Source: Nitrospirota bacterium (GTDB taxonomy: Bacteria > Nitrospirota > UBA9217). From it: DNA of 64,000 nt. Below are positions 20,389 to 29,427 of the stretch, piece by piece. Made by a program: the position numbers and the translations under genes. The stretch spans positions 928,001 through 992,000 of the forward strand of contig CAWBNQ010000001.1 in NCBI GenBank assembly GCA_963790205.1. Direction: 5' to 3'. Below the pieces are notes generated by a model. That model was given only the letters and a program-made list of their open reading frames with translations. It ran no database searches and was not told the DNA's origin. Within the stretch, counting starts at the first letter, position 1; each line of letters begins with the position of its first letter.

Positions 20389-20638
20389 GTCTCTCCTCCT
20401 GAGATTCTTTTTTCAATAAGCAACTCATACCATAATTCTATCATCGCTGGTTTCGTGCGTTCAGCGGCGCATGCTCCTTTAGTTTGACCGCATTTCAAAT
20501 TAGTTCCACCAGTAACCCGTCACCGCGTCTCCTGTCAGAAATGTCTCCTTAATTCCCCGGGTCTCCTGTACCGGTTCCTCCCTGCCGCGCTATAATCGAA
20601 GTATCGAGGGAACTTTGCCTTGGGAAAGGAGCGGGGAC

Positions 20639-21025
20639 ATGAGCTACTATTTCAGCAAGACAGTGCAGACGACCTTCGACGATGCGGTGAGCCGGGTCAC
20701 TGAGGAACTGAAGAAGGAAGGTTTCGGCGTGCTGACGGAGATTGATGTGCAAGAGACCCTGAAGAAGAAACTGAATGTCGACTTCAGGAAGTACCGCATC
20801 CTCGGCGCCTGCAACCCGCAGTACGCGTACAAGGCCCTGGAAGCGGAGGACAAGATCGGCACCATGCTCCCCTGCAATGTCATCGTGCAGGAAATAGCGG
20901 GCGTGGGCGCTGAGATCGCGGCCATCGACCCGGCTGCTTCCATGCTGGCGGTCAAGAACCCGGAACTCGAGAAGATCGCCGGCCAGGTGAGGGATAAGCT
21001 CAGGTCCGTCATCGAAAGATTGTAG
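20639..21025 (+). CDS. DUF302 domain protein
   Basis: EGFGVLTEIDVQETLKKKL, YRILGACNP, IGTMLPCNVIV. Confidence 0.92.
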   Translation: MSYYFSKTVQTTFDDAVSRVTEELKKEGFGVLTEIDVQETLKKKLNVDFRKYRILGACNPQYAYKALEAEDKIGTMLPCNVIVQEIAGVGAEIAAIDPAASMLAVKNPELEKIAGQVRDKLRSVIERL

Positions 21026-21109
21026 TAAAAATTTTTCGTAGGCGGAAGGAACCACTTTTTACGCTGAATGCCTTGTAGATACACAATGAAGCATCTGCAG
21101 GAGGAAACC

Positions 21110-21454
21110 ATGCAGGTAATAGAGCAAGAAGGACTGAAAATGAACGTTGACGAAGACGGGTTCCTTGTAAGACTCGAGGACTGGACGGAACAGGTTGCGC
21201 GCGTTCTTGCCGCACGGGAAGGTATCAGGGATTTGACGGAAGACAAGCTCGATATCCTGAGGTTTATGAGGGAGTATTACCTGAAGCATCACTTCTTTCC
21301 GATCGTGCGTTACGTATGCAAAAATGTCCACCAGCCGAACAACTGTGTCACGGAACAGTTTCTGGACCCGGTCAAGGCTTGGAAGATCGCCGGTCTGCCG
21401 AACCCCGGCGAGGAAGTGATCATGTTCAAGGCCTGGGAGCCGCTCGGGTTTTAA
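21110..21454 (+). CDS. TusE/DsrC/DsvC-family protein lacking the C-terminal cysteines
   Basis: VDEDGFLVRLEDWTEQVA, LRFMREYY, AWKIAGLPNPG (canonical ACKIAGLPKPTGCV). Confidence 0.85.
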   Translation: MQVIEQEGLKMNVDEDGFLVRLEDWTEQVARVLAAREGIRDLTEDKLDILRFMREYYLKHHFFPIVRYVCKNVHQPNNCVTEQFLDPVKAWKIAGLPNPGEEVIMFKAWEPLGF

Positions 21455-21470
21455 CGGAGTCATGGAGCCA

Positions 21471-21557
21471 GTTTTGCGAGCGAAGCGAGGCAATCTCGGT
21501 TGTAAAAAAATCAAGGATGTCGAGATTGCCCGTCGGAAAAACGCTCTTTGCAATGAT
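21471..21557. repeat. REP-like palindrome (TTGCGAGCGAAGCGAGGCAATCTC...GAGATTGCC type)
   Basis: Perfect inner inverted repeat ggcaatctcg (21489-21498) / cgagattgcc (21521-21530); degenerate outer arms. Confidence 0.65.
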
Positions 21558-21694
21558 AAAAAGGGCTGGCAACATGAGCGCACAGAGCGGGAGGCTGATC
21601 AAAGACGCAGTATGTTTTTAGCATTCAAAAATTTCACGAGGCGGGCTCTGTAGTTAAAGTTTTACAATACATTGATCATGATGGGGAGGAAGCA

Positions 21695-22429
21695 ATGATA
21701 ACGAAAGGCATCAAACAGGTCATCGCGGTAAGCGTGCTGGTCGCGTTCACGTCCTGCGCGACGAGCTACGTCGCAAAGCCCCTGCCGTTCAAACTGCCGA
21801 GCGCATACTCGAACGCGCAGGAGGCGGGCGGCGCCGTGATCGGCGCGAGGGCGTACGCGGATGTGAAAGAGGCAAAGGAAAATTTCGGGTTTGACATCAT
21901 CAACGCCGGCATGCTGCCCGTCGAGATCGTGATCGACAACAAAGGGCCGCATCCGCTCGAGATCAACGGGGCGCAAACGTTCCTCGAGGACAGACAGAGC
22001 AACCTGTGGCCGGTGCTGAACCGGGACCTGGCGTACGACCGGGCAACGAAGTATGCGCAGACCAAGGAAACCTTCAGTGAAGGGGCTCGTACGGGCTTTC
22101 TGGGGGCAGCAGCGGGGGCGGTTATCGGCGCCGCAATCGGCATCCTTTCCGGTCAGAACGTGGCTGAAACAGCAGGCAGGGGCGCGGCTGTGGGCGGCGC
22201 AGGCGGGGCCGTGATGGGCGGAGCGAATGCGTACAATGCCGACGACGCGCGGCATGCCGTAATCTCCGACCTGAAGTCAAAATCGCTCCAGGCAAAGTCG
22301 ATCGCTCCCAATGCGCTTGCTTACGGGTTTATTTTCTTCCCGGCTGAAGCGAAGACGGCAAAATCGCTGCGACTGCAAGTCGTTGAAAAAGACACGGGCA
22401 AGTCTTTCGTCCTGTCCTTCAGCTTGTAA
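21695..22429 (+). CDS. putative lipoprotein with glycine-zipper motif
   Basis: Signal peptide with FTSC lipobox; GAAAGAVIGAAIG...GAAVGGAGGAVMGG. Confidence 0.8.
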   Translation: MITKGIKQVIAVSVLVAFTSCATSYVAKPLPFKLPSAYSNAQEAGGAVIGARAYADVKEAKENFGFDIINAGMLPVEIVIDNKGPHPLEINGAQTFLEDRQSNLWPVLNRDLAYDRATKYAQTKETFSEGARTGFLGAAAGAVIGAAIGILSGQNVAETAGRGAAVGGAGGAVMGGANAYNADDARHAVISDLKSKSLQAKSIAPNALAYGFIFFPAEAKTAKSLRLQVVEKDTGKSFVLSFSL

Positions 22430-22526
22430 CTGCCGTTGAAGAAATGCGGCAGGTACGAGGGTGCTCTCTGAAGAAGCAACAAGAGGGGCCGAACTGGTTG
22501 ATGATAAAGCCGTCGCGAAGGGAGGG

Positions 22527-23474
22527 CTACACCTTATACTTTACCGAGTGAACGGTAATCACGGGGATTGATGCATTCAAGATCGTTTCTCGGGCCGTGC
22601 TTCCAAAATAGGCATTGAGCAGTGCATTCCTTCCGTGGGTCCCCATGACCACGAACGAAAAGCCTCTTTCACCCTCTTGATAAATTGCGCACGAGGACGC
22701 TATCGGCTTATCATCGACTTTGTAGTAACAGGGAACGCCGTGTTTCTCAAAGAAACGGACTTTCCGTTCAATGGTTTCGATGGCATCCTCCCGGATCCCG
22801 TCCAGAATTTCGTCGAGATTGAAGGGCACCCATCCTGAGACCATACTGCTGTCTCTCACAATCCTCCTGAAACTTTCGCCAAGACAATGAAACAAAACAA
22901 CCCCCGCTCCCATGCGCTTTGCAAGGGAAAGCGCATAGTGCTCGGCAGCGCGGCTGTTTTTGCCGAGATCGGTTGCAACGAGAATCTTCAACTGCTTCTT
23001 GCCGTTAAAATTCCGGCCATTTTCCTGGGCCGCGGGTCCGATCACCATCACGGGTCTTTTCGAGTGGCGGATCACTTCTTCAGCAACGCTTCCTATCAGC
23101 AAACGCTTCAAGCCTTGCCGGCCCTGCGTCCCCACGACGACAAGCTCCGGGGCGGCCTTGGACCGTACAGCCTTCAGGATCCGCTCGGCGGGCGGGCCGC
23201 CTTTTAAGGAACGGATAACGGGGACTTGAAACCGACGGCTCATCTCCTCCAGTCTTTTCTGATGTCGGGAATGCCATGCCCGGATGCGGAGTGAGTCGAA
23301 CCGGTCATGCCGGTACGCGTTTATATCCTCCACATAAAGGAGTTCGATGCCGGTATTGAGCCGCTTTGCCAAAAAAGAGGCGGCGCTGTATATCGCTTGC
23401 GAGCGTCTTTTCCCGGACTCGGTCTGGTTTTCGATGTCATCTGCAACTAACATTGAACGCTGCGGCATATTCAT
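22527..23474 (-). CDS. universal stress protein (tandem USP domains)
   Basis: LVVVGTQGRQGLKRLLIGSVAEEVIRHS and VVMGTHGR..FGSTARETI. Confidence 0.92.
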   Translation of the reverse strand: MNMPQRSMLVADDIENQTESGKRRSQAIYSAASFLAKRLNTGIELLYVEDINAYRHDRFDSLRIRAWHSRHQKRLEEMSRRFQVPVIRSLKGGPPAERILKAVRSKAAPELVVVGTQGRQGLKRLLIGSVAEEVIRHSKRPVMVIGPAAQENGRNFNGKKQLKILVATDLGKNSRAAEHYALSLAKRMGAGVVLFHCLGESFRRIVRDSSMVSGWVPFNLDEILDGIREDAIETIERKVRFFEKHGVPCYYKVDDKPIASSCAIYQEGERGFSFVVMGTHGRNALLNAYFGSTARETILNASIPVITVHSVKYKV

Positions 23475-23748
23475 TCTCCCCGAGATATCGCTGTGTTTCG
23501 CATTACATTGCAATTATATACAATTTCTTCCACGTCGACCGATAACAATCAACAAATTGCTTTATATCTTGCTAGAAGATAGCACTTAGATCATAGTTTA
23601 TCAAGTCAAACACCCCGACGTCACGACCAAAGAGCGCAAAAGACCGAGCAGCGCATCCGCTTTTAATCGGTGAGCATGAAGGGGTGCTATAATTTGCTTA
23701 ATCGTTCGCCCTTGCTCACGTAGCACGCTGCATAAAAGGAGGACAGCA

Positions 23749-24885
23749 GTGAAAGGGATACTCAAAATCGCATATAAGCTGTTGGTGAATGACAAGGGCA
23801 AATTCGCTGCTTTGCTCATGGGCATAACATTCGCGGTCTTTTTGATGATCATGATGACCTCGATGTTCGCCGGCCTGCTGCACCGGTCATGTGCCACGGT
23901 TCTCAACATAGGCGCTAAGGTGTGGGTAATGGATCCTGCTGTCAATACCCCGGCGAACAGCATCCCAATGCCGGATTATGTATTATCCGCGGTGCGGAGC
24001 ATTAGCGGAGTCAAATACGCAGTACCGCTCTATTACGGCGGGGCGCTCGTGAGGCTGCGTAGCGGCGTCTATCAAGCGGTGACGGTCCTTGGGTTGGACG
24101 ACTCCAGCCTATATGGCAGGCCTGAGCTCATCGAGGGAAATATTGATGACATCTATGCGGAAAATGGCTTTGTTGTGGTTAAGGATGCAGAATTTCACAA
24201 GCTAGAAAATCCCCGGGTCGGCACCGAATTTGAGATAAACGATCACCGGGGTATCATCGTCGGCATTGCAAAAGTCACTACCAGCGGCCTGTTTGGCGTG
24301 CCTACCCTTTATACCACCTTTAACAGGGCCGTCACGTATATCCCCTCCACGAGATTTACCGACGCTTTCATTCTCGTCGATCCGAAGAGCAGCGACGCCG
24401 TGCCGTACATCAAGGAGCAGGTAGCGAAGCTCGGATACCTGGCACTAACGAAAGACGAGTTTATCCAGAAGACTTCCGATTTTTATACCTACCAGACGGG
24501 TATGGGCACCAATGTGCTCATTATGACGGTGATCAGTTTCATCGTTGGATTATCCATTTCAGGCCAGACCTTTTACACCTTTATCCTGGAGAATCTGGAT
24601 AAATTCGGCGCTTTAAAAGCGATCGGAGCAAAGGGGAAGGAACTGGTCTTTATGATCCTGTTCCAGGCGACATTTACATCTCTTACCGGCTACGGCCTGG
24701 GTATCGGCCTCGCCTCCCTCATTATAACGATCGCCAGACTAAGACTTCCCAGCTACGCAGCCAGAATAACCTTTGGAAATATCGGTTTCGCCTTTGTCAT
24801 GGTCGTGATCATTGCCAGCATTTCAAGCTATATCGGCGTCAGGAAAGTGCTCAAGATAGAGCCCTTCGACATTTTCAGAGGATAA
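23749..24885 (+). CDS. ABC exporter permease (DevC/FtsX-like)
   Basis: N-terminal TM, periplasmic domain, FGALKAIGA, three C-terminal TMs, ends EPFDIFRG; AGGAGG RBS. Confidence 0.9.
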   Translation: MKGILKIAYKLLVNDKGKFAALLMGITFAVFLMIMMTSMFAGLLHRSCATVLNIGAKVWVMDPAVNTPANSIPMPDYVLSAVRSISGVKYAVPLYYGGALVRLRSGVYQAVTVLGLDDSSLYGRPELIEGNIDDIYAENGFVVVKDAEFHKLENPRVGTEFEINDHRGIIVGIAKVTTSGLFGVPTLYTTFNRAVTYIPSTRFTDAFILVDPKSSDAVPYIKEQVAKLGYLALTKDEFIQKTSDFYTYQTGMGTNVLIMTVISFIVGLSISGQTFYTFILENLDKFGALKAIGAKGKELVFMILFQATFTSLTGYGLGIGLASLIITIARLRLPSYAARITFGNIGFAFVMVVIIASISSYIGVRKVLKIEPFDIFRG

Positions 24886-24886
24886 T

Positions 24887-25591
24887 ATGGCCAAACTGGC
24901 GGTAAAAGCCAACGAACTGAACAAGTGGTTCGGTGAGGGGGAAGCAAAAACGCATGCCGTCAGAGACGTCAGTTTCGAAGCCGACTATGGGGAAATGTTT
25001 TACATTGAGGGCCCTTCAGGGAGCGGAAAAACAACCTTGCTCAGTCTGATCTCGGGAATTCTCAGGCCGAATTCAGGCTCGGTGCAGGTTGAGGACAAGG
25101 ATATCTGGAACATGGCAAGCGACCAGATCGCCGATTTCAGGTTGAATAAGATTGGATTCGTTTTCCAAGATTACCACCTCTTTCCACGGCTGACAACGGT
25201 CGAAAACGTGGCGATCCCTCTTATCCTGAAAAGGCATGATTGGAATGAATCTATTAATGAGGCCATGAAGTATCTTGAAATAGTAGGCATTAAAGATCGT
25301 GCATATCTCCCGCCGGTAAAATTGAGCGGCGGCGAGCAGCAACGGGTGGCCATTGCACGGGCGATCGCGAGCCGCCCCGATATCCTGGTATTCGACGAGC
25401 CGACCGCATCGCTTGACGGTGACACCGGGAGAAAAATCGTGGATTTTGTCAAGAAGAATATCCTGAATGAGAAGCGGTGCATCATCATCGTTACCCACGA
25501 CAGCAGGATATTCGAATACGCCGACAGGATCATGAAAATGGAGGATGGCAGAATCCTCGGCATCGAAAAAGGAGGACCCCGTGAGGAATAA
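24887..25591 (+). CDS. ABC exporter ATP-binding protein (DevA/LolD-like)
   Basis: GPSGSGKTT, IGFVFQDYHL, LSGGEQQRVAIARA, DEPTASLD, VTHD. Confidence 0.95.
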   Translation: MAKLAVKANELNKWFGEGEAKTHAVRDVSFEADYGEMFYIEGPSGSGKTTLLSLISGILRPNSGSVQVEDKDIWNMASDQIADFRLNKIGFVFQDYHLFPRLTTVENVAIPLILKRHDWNESINEAMKYLEIVGIKDRAYLPPVKLSGGEQQRVAIARAIASRPDILVFDEPTASLDGDTGRKIVDFVKKNILNEKRCIIIVTHDSRIFEYADRIMKMEDGRILGIEKGGPREE

Positions 25592-26543
25592 GATCATATT
25601 CATAGCTGCGATCATAGGCCTGCTAATCGGCATCGTGGCCTCCTACATATCCGGCATAGAGAAAAAGCCGCAGCCGCCGGCATTCAATCCGGCAACCAAT
25701 CCCTACACTAAGGGCATCTATGCCGAAGGCATCGTCGAAAGTTATCAACAAAACGGCGCGAACATTAATATCTATCCCGAGGTCCCGGGAACGATCAAAC
25801 GAATCCCGGTTTCCGAGGGGGAGATCGTAAAAAAAGGCCGTCCGCTGATCTTGATCGACGATTCCGTCCAGAGGGCAACTGTCGAGCAGCAGAAAGCCCA
25901 GATAGAGTTAGCAAGTGCAAGTCTCAAAAGCTCTGAGGACCAGTTGAACAAGCTAAGGAAATCATATGACATGGACCCGAGGTCGGTGAGTAAGAACGAC
26001 CTTGATAATGCGGAAAACACGGTCAACGTGGCAAAGGCAAATGTGGAAGTAATGCGAAAACAACACGAACTCGCCCAAACGCTGCTGTCCAAGTACACCA
26101 TACTGGCGCCCATGGATGGCGCGGTCCTGTCGATCAATGCCGCGGTCGGCGGCTACGTGTCCGCGCAAGGCTCGTACGACACCTATTCGCAGGGATTTAT
26201 GCCCATTCTTGTCATGGGGAGTTCGCAAACCTATATCGGTGTCAGATGTTATATCGACGAGATCCTCATATCCAGGCTGCCTCAAGAGTCGCAAATGCAC
26301 GCGCAAATGTTTATTCGGGGCACGAATATCGTCGTTCCTCTCGAATATGTGCGGGTACAGCCTTATGTATCGCCTAAAATTGAATTGTCGAGTGAAAGGA
26401 CGGAAAGAGTGGATGTCAGAGTATTGCCGGTAATATTCAAATGCGAGAGGCCCAAAAATATTTCTCTTTATCCCGGTCAGTTGGTCGATGTCTATATTGG
26501 AGAAACGGGTTCTGAAACAAGAAGTACCGGCACACAGCAGTGA
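25581..26543 (+). CDS. membrane fusion (HlyD/DevB-like) periplasmic adaptor
   Basis: GTG start after AGGAGG; N-terminal TM, lipoyl half VSEGEIVKKG, coiled coil, ILAPMDGAVL, ERVDVRVLPV. Confidence 0.88.
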   Translation: MRNKIIFIAAIIGLLIGIVASYISGIEKKPQPPAFNPATNPYTKGIYAEGIVESYQQNGANINIYPEVPGTIKRIPVSEGEIVKKGRPLILIDDSVQRATVEQQKAQIELASASLKSSEDQLNKLRKSYDMDPRSVSKNDLDNAENTVNVAKANVEVMRKQHELAQTLLSKYTILAPMDGAVLSINAAVGGYVSAQGSYDTYSQGFMPILVMGSSQTYIGVRCYIDEILISRLPQESQMHAQMFIRGTNIVVPLEYVRVQPYVSPKIELSSERTERVDVRVLPVIFKCERPKNISLYPGQLVDVYIGETGSETRSTGTQQ

Positions 26544-26625
26544 CCGCGGGAAATTTATCTCGAAAAGGCGAATGTCATTGTATCGAAAAAAACCGACAAA
26601 CGGCGGGGAAACATCGAGAAAGATC

Positions 26626-28107
26626 ATGACAGCGAGGATGCCTGCGCTCCCCGGGCTGTGCGCCGTATTGCTATGCGGTATATACAGCTGCGCAGTGGGG
26701 CCGAATTTTGAGCGTCCCAAACCGCCGGAGATCGAGCGCTACACAACCGGGCCGACAACGACTGCGACCATAACCGCGGATGGCAAGGAGCAGCGATTTG
26801 AACCGGGCGCAAAGATCGTTTCGGACTGGTGGCGGCTTTTTAACTCGTCCGGGCTCGATGCAGCGGTAAAGGAGGCGCTGGAGAACAACCAAAACCTGCA
26901 GGCGGCGCAGGCCAGTCTGCGACAAAGCCGGGATCTTCTCCGCGTGGGCTACGGAGTATTTTACCCCGAGGTCAATGCCGGTTTCGACGCATCGCGCCAA
27001 AAGACCTCTTCAGCTGCAACGGGAGGGAATACCCCCAGCAGCATCTTTAATCTGTTCACTCTTTCGGCCACGGTGAGCTATGCTCTCAATGTTTTCGGCG
27101 GGGAACGCCGCGCCGTGGAAAGTCTCGGCGCCCAGGTGGATTTTCAACATGCCCAGGTCATGGCCACCTACATAACCCTGTCCGGCAATGTTGTGAACGC
27201 AATGATCGCCAGGGCCGCCTATCAGGAGCAGATCAAGGCTACCGAAGAATTGATCAAATTGCAGCAGGAACAGGTCAGACTGACCGAAGTGCAGGCGCAA
27301 GCGGGAACGGTCCCGTATGTAAACGTACTCAGTCTTCAGAGTCAGCTTGCCTCGCTTGAAGCAACGCTCCCGCCGCTCCGGCAGAAAATAAACCAGACCG
27401 AGCATTTGCTTGCTGCCCTGGCAGGCCGCACGCCAGCGGAGTGGGCCCCGCAGCAGGTCGCATTGGCGGACCTGACCCTGCCTGCTGAGCTGCCCATAAC
27501 TCTGCCCTCGCAGCTCGTTCGCCAGCGTCCCGACATTCTCGCGGCCGAGGCGCAGCTCCACAGTGCCAGCGCGGAAATAGGAGTGGCTACCGCGGCATTG
27601 TTCCCCAGCTTTACGTTGAACGGCGCCTACGGTACGGGAAGCAATACTTCCGGCAACCTTTTTAAAAGCAACAGCAGCTTCTGGAACATGGGCGCAAGCA
27701 TAAGCGCCCCGCTGTTCCGCGGCGGAACGTTGTGGTTCGGACGGCAGGCCGCACTCGATGCCTATCAGCTTTCTTTGGCAAATTACCGCCAAACCGTTCT
27801 GAGCGCTTTTGCCCAGGTTGCCGATACTCTGCGCGCGCTGGAACACGACGCTGAGTTGGCGCATGCCCAGTCTCAAGCGCTTACTGCGGCGGAGGAAGCG
27901 CTGCGGTTGATCCAGGCGAATTACCAGGCTGGCACGGCCAACTATGTTCAGGTCCTCGTCATAGACGGCCAGTACCAGCAGGCAAAGATCGGTTATCTCC
28001 AGGCCCTGGCCCAGCGTTATCAGGATACGGCCGCTCTCTTTGTGGCTCTCGGCGGAGGCTGGTGGAACACTGATGAAAATGTCACAAGCTCAAGCAAAGA
28101 CAAGTAA
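26626..28107 (+). CDS. outer membrane efflux lipoprotein (NodT/TolC family); start approximate
   Basis: SCAVGPNFERP lipobox, WWRLF, LPSQLVRQRPDILAAEAQL, LFVALGGGWW. Confidence 0.93.
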   Translation: MTARMPALPGLCAVLLCGIYSCAVGPNFERPKPPEIERYTTGPTTTATITADGKEQRFEPGAKIVSDWWRLFNSSGLDAAVKEALENNQNLQAAQASLRQSRDLLRVGYGVFYPEVNAGFDASRQKTSSAATGGNTPSSIFNLFTLSATVSYALNVFGGERRAVESLGAQVDFQHAQVMATYITLSGNVVNAMIARAAYQEQIKATEELIKLQQEQVRLTEVQAQAGTVPYVNVLSLQSQLASLEATLPPLRQKINQTEHLLAALAGRTPAEWAPQQVALADLTLPAELPITLPSQLVRQRPDILAAEAQLHSASAEIGVATAALFPSFTLNGAYGTGSNTSGNLFKSNSSFWNMGASISAPLFRGGTLWFGRQAALDAYQLSLANYRQTVLSAFAQVADTLRALEHDAELAHAQSQALTAAEEALRLIQANYQAGTANYVQVLVIDGQYQQAKIGYLQALAQRYQDTAALFVALGGGWWNTDENVTSSSKDK

Positions 28108-28215
28108 CACTGTTCCCGTAATAGTCTGTTCACTGCCTTTTTGACTTGTCAGCGGCATGAGATATATTTAATTCATTGCACGTGAAATTTCCTGCAAAGA
28201 GAAAGGGAGGATGTC

Positions 28216-28530
28216 ATGGTAAAACGAGACCGCATGTTCAAATTCCTGATCTGCGCCTGGTTGACAGCCTTATGCCTTGGGTGCGCAGCCACGCAGGAAC
28301 ACGAAAGTACCGGCCAGTATATCGATGACTCAGTGATCACGGCCAAGGTAAAAGCCGCAATCCTGGACGAACCCTCACTGAAAGTGTTCCAGATCAATGT
28401 CGAGACGTACCAAGGGGTGGTTCAACTAAGCGGTTTTGTCGATTCGGCACAGAGCGTCAAAAAAGCAGGAGAGGTTGCCGGCAGCGTCGCGGGCGTCAAA
28501 GAGGTAAAAAACGACCTGGTTGTAAAATAG
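28216..28530 (+). CDS. BON domain (OsmY-like) lipoprotein
   Basis: LGCA lipobox; IDDSVITAKVKAAI..INVETYQGVVQLSGFV..GVKEVKNDL. Confidence 0.93.
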   Translation: MVKRDRMFKFLICAWLTALCLGCAATQEHESTGQYIDDSVITAKVKAAILDEPSLKVFQINVETYQGVVQLSGFVDSAQSVKKAGEVAGSVAGVKEVKNDLVVK

Positions 28531-28619
28531 GTGCGTTACCTCAACTGGTGTGACGACCGGCTCCGGCAGTTTTGTTTATCGATTCTGTCAAACGTTTTTA
28601 CCACGGCCCAATTCAGGAG

Positions 28620-28919
28620 GTGGTTGCCCTGAAGGACAAAAGAAAAGCGTATGAAGAAAAGCTTGATGCGCAGATGAGGGAATGGAACGCGCAGATCGCA
28701 CTGCTCAGGGCAAGGGCGGACAAGGCCAAGGCTGAGGCGAAGATCGAATACTACAAAACCATCGAAGTTTTGCAGCGCAAGCAGAATGACGCCGAGGCGA
28801 AGCTGCGGGAGTTGAAGACCGCCGGCGATGAGGCATGGGAAGACCTCAAGACAGGTGCGGAAAAAGCCTGGGCTGAAGTGAAGACCGCCTACCACGACGC
28901 GAGCTCGAGGTTCAAATGA
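28620..28919 (+). CDS. small coiled-coil putative stress protein
   Basis: RKAYEEKLDAQMREWNAQI..KLRELKTAGDEAWEDLKTG; AGGAGG upstream; exact start uncertain. Confidence 0.8.
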   Translation: MVALKDKRKAYEEKLDAQMREWNAQIALLRARADKAKAEAKIEYYKTIEVLQRKQNDAEAKLRELKTAGDEAWEDLKTGAEKAWAEVKTAYHDASSRFK

Positions 28920-29084
28920 GCAGGGGCGGGAAAATGGCAGAAAGAATGTCCCAAACTCGTCAATGACCTAAGCGGTGTGAAGAGCGTAAAGAACCGGAAG
29001 GCCATGGGTAGTTGAGTTCAGGTACGCATAGATTGCCGGACCGATGAGCGCGTGTGCAACGGGCTTGAGCGGAAGGAGGACCAA

Positions 29085-29234
29085 ATGTTGTGGACGATCG
29101 CTGTGGTACTGTTAATTCTGTGGCTGCTGGGGTTGGTGAGCAGTTACACGATGGGAGGGTTCATCCATATTTTGCTGGTAATCGCAATCGTTGTGGTGTT
29201 GATCAGGATCATTCAGGGACGAAAACCTTTGTAA
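29085..29234 (+). CDS. lmo0937-family (DUF5670) small membrane protein, copy 1
   Basis: MLWTIAVVLLILWLLGLVSSYTMGGFIHILLVIAIVVVLIRIIQGRKPL; AAGGAGG RBS. Confidence 0.9.
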   Translation: MLWTIAVVLLILWLLGLVSSYTMGGFIHILLVIAIVVVLIRIIQGRKPL

Positions 29235-29427
29235 ATGATTTGTCGATTATTAATTTCCCGTAGTTACATTTATTAACATTGCAATCAGATGATTGCACAT
29301 CTAAAGACAGGAGGAGAGCATTGAAGAAGGTTCTTTTGTTGTCAGTACAGGGAAATCAGGAGTGTGAAACCCGTGAAGAGCCTCTTGCAGGTGGAAGAGA
29401 AAAAGCAGATGGATTAGGAGCATTGTC

